From Octopus vulgaris (taxonomy: Eukaryota), in NCBI GenBank assembly GCA_951406725.2, contig OX597822.1, positions 80,414,001-80,478,000 on the forward strand: a DNA stretch of 64,000 nucleotides, read 5' to 3'. Of this stretch, positions 53,887 to 64,000 are shown piece after piece. The position numbers and the translations under genes were made by a program. Under the pieces are notes generated by a model. That model made no database searches. It had not been told where the DNA came from and worked only from the letters and a program-made list of their open reading frames with translations. Every line of letters begins with the position of its first letter. Position 1 is the first letter of the stretch.

Positions 53887-54381
53887 CGCTTGTTCATATA
53901 ACTTGAAACATATATTGTTGCATTATATCTGTGTGATTTATCGCCAGCTAACCGTTAGCACAAAATCCAATTATTTTGACGTTAAACCTCAAAGAGTCCA
54001 CTTTCCTTTTATTAACTTGCACAACAAAACGTTGGGAAATAGTATTTGGAAAATAGCCCCTCCAGACTTGCCATGTTTGGATGGAAATATACGGGAAAAA
54101 AAAATAATGACGATGTTATGGATATTGGATGTTATGATGATGATGGTGATAGTGATCAACCATACAATAATGGTGACAGAGACAACGACGACGACGATGA
54201 CAACTGCAACAAGAACTACACTAATATTACGCGCTGCTGCTTCTTTTAATATATAAGTTACTGTTGCTAGAAGAATCAGGATTCTCTTTGTGGTAGGCGT
54301 TAAGCCAACTTTTGCAAAGTTATAGAGTATTCATGACTTTACCGATCTTTTTATTACATACACAGCTGCATACATACCCAC

Positions 54382-54428
<47 letters not shown>

Positions 54429-54459
54429 CAAATATGTATGTATATACATATATGATGTT

Positions 54460-54625
54460 GGGATTTGTTAAAAAGAAATACATCAAACGAAGACGGATGT
54501 GTAAACAACAAACAGATGTATTAGTTTAACGTTCGGGAAGGTGAAAAAGTCTCTTACGTTTCGAGCCTAGGCTCTTCAACAGAAAGGAACACAAGAAACT
54601 AAACAGAGAGAGAATATAAAAAAAA
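54460..54625 (-). mobile_element. Short HHR-bearing non-coding element, family B
   Basis: Minus strand cttt-CTGTTGA-A-GAGC-ctag-GCTC-GAAA-CG-TA-AGAG (54586-54551), next to a TA tract. Confidence 0.8.
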
Positions 54626-54896
54626 GGTTCCGTGTCTATGTATATATGATACACATATACAAAGTATAAAATTATACATATTAACAAATGGAAGATGCCC
54701 ACTAAACATCTGAGAAAAGAGTTAAAATATAGACTCAATCCGAAATTTGGTAGGCTGTATAGTGTATTATGACAGTAAGAGACCCAGTAGAACGAGATCA
54801 TTTGTTTGTCAGGTCTAAATTGCTATTTTATAGGCATACACACACACATATACACACGTACACACAATCATACACACATACACACACGTATGACAT

Positions 54897-55140
54897 CGCG
54901 TGGTGTAGTAGTTAGGGTGCTGCACTCATGATCGCATTACCTTGGTTTCAAATCGCTGGTCGGGTGGTGCGTTTTGTTCTTCAGCAAATCATTTCATATC
55001 ACGTTGCTCTGCGATCACTTCCACAGCTTAAGTGTGGCACACCGTTCTCCTGTACAAACAATGCCCACCAGTTGATGCAGAACATAAAGCCAATAAGCAG
55101 CACAAATATTTGATCTCTATAAATAAATCATCTGTGATGA
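54897..55140 (+). mobile_element. SINE family 3-type head with an alternative body
   Basis: TGGTGTAGTAGTTAGGGTGCTGCACTCATGATCG...GGTTTCAAATC...GTGCGTTTTGTTCTTCAGCAA...CACGTTGCTCTGCGATCACTT. The same subtype is on the minus strand at ~6680-6832, with head-only copies at ~10380-10510 and ~44255-44362. Confidence 0.75.
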
Positions 55141-57142
55141 ATCGTTTTGTGTCGACTAAAGCATGATAAGTCTATACATCTATAAATGCATAGATATATA
55201 TACAAACAAACACACACACATTTACGCGCGCTCACACACATCTACACACACACAAACATTTTTAACCATGGTGTTCAATGAACTGAGTTAAATGCTTAAT
55301 TGACAGAGTATTCACAGGTAGAATCAACGTGACAAGGCTATATTTTTTCAGATTAATAACGAAATTTAAAGCAGAATACCAGGAAAACAGCTTAGAAGAT
55401 CGGGTAAGTGCCCTTAGAATGTGGGAAAAGAGGGCAGTAAGCCCCTACAGAGAATCAAATACGGTACATTACAAACTTCGGAATTTGAAAAGCACAGTTC
55501 TCTTCCAATTCCCTTCAGAGCTATTGTGCGTTTCAAACTTCATTAGCATTTGTAATCCATTTCTCATTGTGAAGAACAAATCATCCGACAAACCCCTATG
55601 CATTTTCCGCGTTGCAATTTCATTCCCATGCATTGGGTGGACCTCAGGCTATGCCAGTATTTACAATTATGTTTTCTCAATAAGGCAAGTAATAACATAT
55701 TGATTCCTGATATTGGCACAAGGCCTTAAATATAGGGAATGTGGAAAGCCAACGGGATCCATCTTCATTACTCAACTTGTGTTTATACCATTAACTGTTG
55801 AAAGATATAATAAAGTATAGGAGATCAAAAGTTAAGCAACTAATACCTCAAAAGCGGTTTATGTGCTCTACACCAGTTCTGCCAATATATCGCCCTTCAT
55901 GAAGGGAACACGTTAAATTGGCATGGAAGTGTTTGTGAATTCTCTCACCAAAAATTTCTCTTTGGTTATGAAATAGCAAGTCAAAAGTTATTTTTATTGC
56001 TTCAGTTCATCTGACAGGAAATTATAGTAAGAGAAAAGTCCCGTATTATCGCAGAGATTCAGATTGTATTTACTCCATGCATAAACACTAAGAAGGCCTC
56101 TATGCTGCCACTCGATTCTCTTAAAATAGAGGACAAATCTCAACGAGCAAAGTTAATTTCATCTGAAAAGAATTTGGTGTTGTAAAGAAAGTGCTCCAAA
56201 TTACTTGTGCAGTCCACACCCAATAGGAAAAAAAACCTTCTTCAAGGGGAACACGTCGGCTTCAGAAGCTTACTCCTTTGGAATCAATGTTTTGCATCGT
56301 AACGAAAGGACACCGTAGCACTTGCGCACTCTGTTTTGTTTGAGCAGCAGAAAAAAAATCCTTCAAATCGTACAAGTGGAACAAGTCGGTTTTATAAATT
56401 TATATTCCATGGTTTTACTCACCTGGCACCAACCTTTCCTGTGAAATTTCTGCGAAATGTTAAGTACTAAGCTTCTATATTCAACATCCTCCTTCACTGA
56501 ATTCTTTTCCTTCTTCTCCCCACCTTAGTTTGTCTTTTTTCTCTTTTCTGTTTTCACCCCCAGCTTGAGCACTCACTACATCCGAACACTCTTAACCGTT
56601 ACATAAAAGAATTCTTCCTTCATTTCTGTATCTAGATCGATTCAAAATTTCACTGTACTACATGATTCTATTTTTTAACTTCAATCCCTTTACCAATCTT
56701 AATTTCTCCCTTTAGTGTAATGTTACATTGCTTTATCTTCTTAATCTATTCAATATAAGCTCATGATTTTATAATTTCTTATCTTTAAATACAATTTCCG
56801 TTCACCGAAGCAAGTAGCTCATTCATTTGAAAAGATGCTCGACGCTGTAGTACAAAATATATGGCCATCTCTACGAATGATTTTTACACAGAAGCCCATA
56901 TATCTGCACACACACGCGTGCACACTCACACACATTCACGTATACTCGATAAATGAATTAACACTCTAATAGCACCACGATGGGATAAAAAAAAAACCAA
57001 TCAATCAATCAACCAATCAATCATCGGTTGAAAAAAGATCTTCCGACAAGGCAGGCCAACACTTATCTCAGATTGATGCTTTCGTGAAATTTACAGAACT
57101 TATATCGTTCGATGATTGATTTCATCTACTTTAGCACTATCT

Positions 57143-57184
<42 letters not shown>

Positions 57185-57704
57185 TGATCCGCATACAATA
57201 TTCATTATTCAGGTTTCAGCTTTTGATCTAAACACTAGCACCGTTGAGTGGATGATATGCAAACTTAGTCATACCATTTCAGCAAGGTAATATTTTCCAT
57301 CATATTCACTAAGCAATCGTTATGAAATTCTCTCGATGGACCGAAGAGTGATGGGCTTCTATCTTCTGAAGGTGCTTTGTGTAAAGCACGCCACAAAAGC
57401 CTTCTTAGTATTCTGTGTGCAAAGATGCATTCACATTTCTTGGTTTCTCACAATATAGACACTATAAACTAAAATCTAACCACATAAAATTTCCCTCAAA
57501 ATTTCTTGCTATACCTTGTTTGTACATTGAAAACATATTAAGTATTTATTGCATAACTGGTGATGTTTAATCGTCTAAGCCTTCTCCATACATATCATGT
57601 CGTCTGCCATTATGACAAATACGTTATTTTTCTTTTCACAGGCACTGGAGCAATAGTGACTAACTAGCCTACCGCTTCATACCAATGCGTTTATCTATCT
57701 ATCA

Positions 57705-57779
<75 letters not shown>

Positions 57780-57852
57780 GATCGATCGATCTATCTATCT
57801 ATATATATATATATAAACATACTAAACATACATATATAGAGGGCGTGAGTGA

Positions 57853-57985
<133 letters not shown>

Positions 57986-58777
57986 TACAAATATACACAC
58001 ACATATGTATGTATGTGTATATATTGACCGATTATTTGTTGATATGTAATCTGACCGGTGAGCTTCAGTCAATTGGCATAACAATGAAGTTTTCTGCCAC
58101 ATGCACATACGCACGGACGGACACACACACACTCACACCCATACACACAGACACAAACACAAACACACAGACACACACACACGCACACAAACACACACAC
58201 ACAAATACAGACAAGCACCTACAGACATGCATTGTTCATACCTGTTTTATCATACAATAACATAAAACGGGTCAATAGACCATTGTATTAACTGTGTCCA
58301 GTGTCTATTGAATGTAAACGTTGTAAAGAAGGATTACACGCTGCACACTAGAAATCTAATAGTCGCTTGCTGTCGGCCATGTTGGATTTGGAGTGTGTGT
58401 TGTGGCTTTGAATCAAGTAACAGTTATCGTAGTACAGCCTGCCCTCAAAAGGCAGGATGTCCGATTGCTTTCGAACTGTTCAGGCAGATTAGACAAACAT
58501 GCTCATGCGCACTCACACCCGAGCATGTGCTTATGTATAAGTATATATATATATGGTGGGGAGGGGTGCTGACTTTCATCATACACATGCATATTTTTAC
58601 ATATATATATACACACACATATCTAAATATATATATTTATATATACACGTGTGCACCGACTGTGTGACCAGTTTATGTATGTATGTATGTATGTATGTAT
58701 GTATGTATGTATGTATGTATGTATGCGTGTGTGTGTGTGTGTATGTGTGTGTTCAATCACACATGTATGTATATATA

Positions 58778-58962
58778 CAGTAATCACTCGATTATTGCGG
58801 TTGTTACTTTCCCATAGAAAAAATTAAAATCCCCCAAAATATAAATACCTATCGGCTACAGAAACCCGCGATATACTGAGGAATCCGCCATATAGTACGA
58901 TAGGCGAACCGCGATGTACTGAGTACGCGATAGATGAACCGCGATATGGCGAGGGATTACTA
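58778..58962. mobile_element. pogo/Tigger-like MITE with subterminal repeats
   Basis: TA|CAGTAATCACTCGATTATTGCGGTT ... AACCGCGATATGGCGAGGGATTACTA|TA, with several internal CCGCGAT repeats. Confidence 0.75.
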
Positions 58963-59110
58963 TATATGTATGTATGAATGTATATATGTATGCATATATG
59001 TATGCATGTATGTATGTATGCATCTTATCCTATCTTATCTTATCTAATTTCAGCTCACGAGCTGTGGAAATGCTGGCGCACCGCCATTCATAATACGAAG
59101 CAAAACAGTG

Positions 59111-59146
59111 GGGCTCGTCCGGGATTCGAACCCGGGACCTCTCGCA
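59111..59146 (-). pseudogene. 3' half of tRNA-Pro (from position 38 to the discriminator)
   Basis: TGCGAGAGGTCCCGGGTTCGAATCCCGGACGAGCCC matches the conserved metazoan tRNA-Pro 3' half. The 5' half and anticodon are absent. Confidence 0.85.
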
Positions 59147-59169
59147 TGTCTCTCTCTCTATATATATAG

Positions 59170-59435
59170 GACGTCGTTATATATCGCCGGTCTTTATGCT
59201 CGTTGCATCGGTTTAGCTTTCGAACTGTGCCAACCCGCTGGCTAGGCGAGTAGGCCAACATTCCACCTGATCACAAGGCTCGACCTTGTCAAGGGTGAAC
59301 CATTTACAAGTGAGTGGACTGGAGTAACGCTTAATGAAAGGTTTTGCTTAAGAACACAGCGCGATTCCGTTCATGGGATCGAATCCACGATTTCCCGTTC
59401 GTGATTACAACATGCCTAATCACTAACCCACTTGC
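59170..59435 (-). mobile_element. SINE family 3-type head with a third body type
   Basis: Minus strand GTGGGTTAGTGATTAGGCATG...GGATTCGATCCC...GTGTTCTTAAGCAAAAC...CTCCAGTCCACTCA. Confidence 0.7.
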
Positions 59436-59741
59436 CTTCACATACACACACACACGCAGACACACACAAACACACATACATGCACACTTATGCATATGTA
59501 TGTACATAGTTGTATATACACATATATGTATGTTATACATGTATGTATAAATATTTAATCCTTAATCGCTACTTTGGAAAAAATGTATTCCGTGAGACAA
59601 ACGATCATGGATTAAATGTTTATTCACAGATTTATCTTTCATGTCTTTATACTAAGTAGCCGAACATGGCTACTTCTTTGAACTTGTCATGCTGCTGGAG
59701 TACACACACACACACACACACAAGAAAATCAAACAAATGGT

Positions 59742-60027
59742 ACAGGCGTGGTGGTGAGTTAGAAACTTTCTTCCCAGCCACATGATTCTAGGTACAATCC
59801 CATTGCACGGAAGCTTACGCAAGTATCTTCTACAACAGCCTAGAATCAGCCTAAGTTTTGCGCGTAGATTGACAAGATATTGATGCGTTTACATCCCAGT
59901 AACCTAGCAATGCGCCAAAGTGTACGATAGAATACGCACTAGGCTCTAAATTGCTGGTGTCGATTTGTTCGACTGAAGGTTGTGCACCAGAATAGCTGCA
60001 GTCAGGTGACTGAAACAAGTGAAAGAT
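59742..60027 (+). mobile_element. SINE family 2 (internally deleted)
   Basis: CAGGCGTGGTGGTGAGTTAGAAAC head and GTGCACCAGAATAGCTGCAGTCAGGTGACTGAAACAAGTGAAAGA tail. A 5' partial copy lies at ~46862-46995. Confidence 0.7.
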
Positions 60028-60169
60028 ATACATATATACAAACAATAACACAGATGGGTTACATATACATATAATACATACATACATACATATATATATA
60101 TACATATATATATATGTATATATATATATACATATATATTTATACATATATATATACATAAATATATAC

Positions 60170-60202
<33 letters not shown>

Positions 60203-60263
60203 CATACATATATATATATATATGTATATATATACATACATATATATATATATATATACATAC

Positions 60264-60294
<31 letters not shown>

Positions 60295-60295
60295 C

Positions 60296-60357
<62 letters not shown>

Positions 60358-60362
60358 TATAA

Positions 60363-60545
60363 AGTTAATCCAAACAAGAAAACACAAAAAAACACAGCAA
60401 CGCGAGGACGTGGGACAAATAAAGTATTATTGGGCGCTCAGGAAAGAAGGGAAGAAGGAGGGTCTAGCGTTTCGAGCGGAGCTCTTCGTCGGAAAGATCC
60501 CGAGAAGGGAAGACAGAGGAAAAAAATCGCTGGCGGTACTCACAC
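60363..60545 (-). mobile_element. Short HHR-bearing non-coding element, family A
   Basis: Minus strand CCGACGA-A-GAGC-tcc-GCTC-GAAA-CG-CT (60496-60462). The 3' end GGATTAACT adjoins a long TA-type tract. Aligns to 48333-48526. Confidence 0.8.
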
Positions 60546-60805
60546 ACACTCAGTGAAAGATATGCATTCTTATTGGAGGAGTTATGAGTGTACATTAGAC
60601 AGGATTTGTCTCATTGACAACACAATTATGGATCTTGTATTTCATCAATATTTATCAATCACAGGGTGATTCAATCAACAAGTTAACTCACACGTCATTT
60701 GATCTCCAATATTGCAAAATCAGTTTGTTTGACGCTCCACAGATTTTCTCAATCTCTTGCCTCCATGACTATATACAAATATGCATGTATATATATATAT
60801 ATGTG

Positions 60806-60873
<68 letters not shown>

Positions 60874-60882
60874 TGTGTGTGT

Positions 60883-61055
60883 AGTTTGGAATTTACAGAA
60901 GAACTAAAAGACGAAGACAGGTGTATAAACAACAAGCAGCTGTATTAGTTTAACGCTCGGAAAAGTGAGAAAGTCTTTTACATGTCGAGCCTACGCTCTT
61001 CAACAGAAAGGAACACGAGAAAATAAACAAAGAGAGAAAAAGAAAGGAGAGAAAG
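60883..61055 (-). mobile_element. Short HHR-bearing non-coding element, family B
   Basis: Minus strand cttt-CTGTTGA-A-GAGC-gtag-GCTC-GACA-TG-TA-AAAG (61010-60975). The 3' end lies next to a (TA)n(GT)n tract. Confidence 0.78.
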
Positions 61056-61927
61056 CGGGAGTTATGGGTAAATTGTCGCCATCTTATATTTTAAATTCTC
61101 GCATGCGCATTTTCTGTTTTTTATTTTGTCGACAACAGAGTATAATAGGGTCAAATGGGCACCGTCTGGGAGAGAAACAGCACCATGACGCAATTCACTC
61201 TGCCAAAATTTGGAAACAACATGCTGTACGGCTTGGCATTCGAGCCGGAAGCCCCTGAGTGATTCGCTATCAGTTTGAAGATAGTATCATCTGAGGACAT
61301 GTACGGAACGAGATAAAAATCAAACATCTAGTCAACATTATGGTGATTGGAGTGATCACTAGTGATGGCGACGTTATACCTCCATTCTTCTTCCCACACG
61401 ACCTCAGACTCAACACGCAGGCGTACATCTAATGCTTGGAGGAGGTAGTACTGCCCTGGGTAATGAGGGTGGCTGCTGGAAGACCCTATGTCTAGCAATT
61501 GGAATATTGACCATCCTACACAAGCAGGAGAACACAGTCATGATTCTCAGATAATTTCTGCGACCACATCACCCCTAACATCTGGCCATCTAACTTCCCA
61601 AATTGAAACTCCCTTGGTTATTATATGTGGGGTGCAGTTGAGCGAGGGACCAACAAAATTCCGTGTTACACTAAAGATGAACTGAAGGTGAGGATTATGG
61701 CAACTTTAACCAACGTAAACAAGAAGACCATTCAGAGGAGTTACAGGAGATACCGAAGTCGTCTGGAGGCCGTGGTTGAAACCAATTGCGATTTTATTGA
61801 ATAATTTTACTCTTAAGTATTTCAATATATTTTCATGTAATTTTTCTGACTGTTAAAATGAGATGTCTGTGTTATTTTTATTTTTGCATAATTTTTATTC
61901 AGACGACAGTTTATTCGCCGCACGCTG
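61056..61927 (+). mobile_element. Tc1/mariner DD37D (maT) transposon relic, internally deleted
   Basis: 61313-61803 translates KIKHLVNIMVIGVITSDGDVIPPFFFPHDLRLNTQAYI*CLEEVVLPW...GRPYV*QLE...WPSNFPN*NSLGYYMWGAVE...RSRLEAVVETNCDFIE*. There are 37 residues between the decayed 2nd and 3rd catalytic positions. Degenerate terminal inverted repeats (TIRs); the right end reads ...GCACGCTG|TA. Confidence 0.85.
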
Positions 61928-62132
61928 TATGTGTGTGTGTATGTGTGTGTATCTGTCTGTCTGTGTTATTGTATGCTTGTATGTGTGTGTGTGTATGTGT
62001 GTGTATAACAGGTGCTTTAACAACGGCTTTAACTACCACAATAGCAACGAAATCAAATCCAGTATTTACAACAAACGCACAAGTCCCCCAGCTGGAGCTT
62101 CAACAGCAGCAGATATGCCAAAAGATATTAAC

Positions 62133-62209
<77 letters not shown>

Positions 62210-62334
62210 TGTGGATGTTATTATAGCAGTTGTAGTAGGGGCAGTAGTATCGGTTGTGTTGTTTGTGAGGTGCTCTTGGTGATTGTATGAGGTTATGAAA
62301 TATATAGAAATATATATCTCGGCAGTTATTCATA

Positions 62335-62399
<65 letters not shown>

Positions 62400-62408
62400 A
62401 TATATATA

Positions 62409-62562
62409 TTTTCTACTCTAGGCATAAGGCCCGAAATTTGGGGGAGGGGGCCAGTCGATTAGATCGATCCCAGTACGCAACAGGTTCTTAATTTATCGAC
62501 CCCGAAAGAATAAAGGGCAAAGTCGATCTCGGCGGAATTTGAACTCAGAACGTAAAGACAGA
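62409..62562 (-). mobile_element. SINE family 1, 5'-truncated
   Basis: TTATCGACCCCGAAAGAATAAAGGGCAAAGTCGATCTCGGCGGAATTTGAACTCAGAACGTAAAGACAGAC. Confidence 0.85.
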
Positions 62563-63540
62563 CTAATACATATATCACAACTTCAATCCTATTGAGCCTA
62601 TAGCTGCTTTATCAATGCTGACCCCAGGGACTACCACCCCCGTTTTTCCTTCCTATTCCTTGCCTTCATCTAGTCATTACCTTTCTCTCTCTTCCTCTCT
62701 CTCTGTCACTCTCTGTCTCTTTCTCTCTCTACTCCTCATCTCCTTTGTCAATTAGTACAAGGAAATGCCTGAATGGTTGCAGCATCAGTCGGAGTCATTG
62801 CAACAGTTGCTGCAGATGAAACCGTTGCTGTTGCTATTTACAACTCGTGCGTACAAACGTACACATATAAAATCGCAACATGATCACGCTGAACGTTGTA
62901 TAGAAAATACACATTAAATGACATTGGTGCACGCTGGTGTAGAAAAACACTGATGCATGTATGCATGCATGCACATACATACACAAGCATTCTATATGTA
63001 CACATATTTTTGTTTGTGTTTGTGTGTGCATGCTTAGGCTTGGCCTTATGTCTAATGTGAAAGAGTGAAAGACGGACGGAAAAAATGGAGAGCGACAGAG
63101 AAATAAATATTTATATGCAGAGAGATAGAATATGACTATGGCAAAAAGGAAAACCAAAAAACAGAAAATAGGCCACAGAGAAAGCCATATATTGTCAGAT
63201 CTAAAGAGTCATCCCTCTATGAAAATGGAAAATGAAGTGAAACGGGTTATATAATTTCTTTTAGGAGAAACAGTCGCTTGTATGACCTTCAGTTGTTTAC
63301 GCTGAGAGACGTATGGTTTTTGTTGTTGTTGTCGTGATTGGTAAACCTCCTTGTTGCTGTTGCTAAAGTGGCACGTTAGCTGACGAGTAGACTTATGATC
63401 AACAGTGAGGGCCTCATGTATTCATCTCAATTATATACTGTCCCTACTTATATGAAATTTACACTGCACCTTCCAAAATGAAGTAACGCATGTAACCTAA
63501 CAGTATACATACATGCAATACTCATATACGTACTTACATA

Positions 63541-64000
63541 TTGTGAGCGGATTTAGTAGACGGAAACCGAAAGAAGTCCGTCATATATATATATATATAT
63601 ATATATGTATTGATAAAACGGTAAGATAACAAAAGAAAGAAAGAGACCTCAATATTATGTAATAGAGGAAATTTATCTATACAATATGTTACATTACTCG
63701 GTAGTCAAGATAAAACTCTGAGTTTCAGATGCCGAAGTGGAAATCCACAACACCATCTCTTCGAAGAGATGGTGTTGTGGACACTTCGGCATCTGAAACT
63801 CAGAGTTTTATCTTGACTACCGAGTAATGTAACATATTGTATAGATATATATATATGTATATATATATATTTATGTGTATGAGTGTGTATTCATGTGTCT
63901 GCGTCTTTCCCGCCACCGTCGCTTGACAATCGACAGGTTTACAAAGAATAAGTCCTGGGGCCGATTTGTTTGACTGAAGTTGGTGTTCCAGCATGGATGC
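63541..64000 (+). mobile_element. SINE family 2 interrupted in its internal TA tract by the pLTR palindrome
   Basis: TTGTGAGCGGATTTAGTAGACGGAAACCGAAAGAAGTCCGTC-(TA)n-[63610-63847 insert]-(TA)n-...CCACCGTCGCTTGACAA...ACAAAGAATAAGTCCTGGGG...CCAGCATGG. Confidence 0.85.
63674..63847. repeat. Near-perfect 174-bp loopless palindrome built from a pLTR/HHR fragment
   Basis: Centre CTCTTC|GAAGAG at 63762/63763. The arms are identical except a 4-nt GAAA indel at 63740-63743. Each arm reads GAAGA-GATG...CATC-T-GAAA-CTCAGAG-TT outward from the centre. Confidence 0.9.

Noticed and set aside
55958-55975. miR-9-like TCTTTGGTTAT
   Set aside because: The match stops after 11 nt and there is no precursor hairpin.
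56270-57640. Possible RTE-like RT relic on the minus strand (MADDM-like, FYVTVKSV-like patches)
   Set aside because: Too decayed to support from motifs read by eye; it needs a profile search.
59111-59146. Functional or intron-split tRNA-Pro gene
   Set aside because: No matching 5' half was found nearby; the upstream sequence is microsatellite and a SINE.

Overview
This is AT-rich, gene-poor eukaryotic DNA packed with microsatellites ((TA)n, (TACA)n, (GATA)n, (GAA)n, (TAA)n, (TAG)n) and transposon relics. The repeat landscape suggests a coleoid cephalopod, most likely Octopus, and an intronic or intergenic location; this is inference from the SINE families and microsatellite content. Almost all ORF-track entries are microsatellite artefacts. 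The only long real reading frame belongs to a 5'-truncated Neptune-type Penelope-like retroelement (PLE) on the minus strand (~28797-31050), with an RT, a Cys linker, a frameshifted GIY-YIG endonuclease and a hammerhead ribozyme (HHR) motif in its 3' repeat (pLTR). The most striking pattern is at least 11 HHR-like loci. Most lie in short non-coding elements whose 3' ends abut (TA)n tracts, several form fold-back structures, and several carry recurrent non-canonical cores (U4C, A6U, U3-A8). One HHR lies downstream of a tRNA-type Pol III promoter. The window also holds three tRNA-headed SINE families, R4/Dong-like, RTE and CR1-group LINE fragments, a DD37D (maT) mariner relic, two pogo/Tigger-like MITEs and a tRNA-Pro/LINE-tail chimera. 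No host gene can be named; there is one weak exon candidate near 24.2-24.6 kb. Repeat boundaries were read by eye and are approximate to about 10 bp unless stated.
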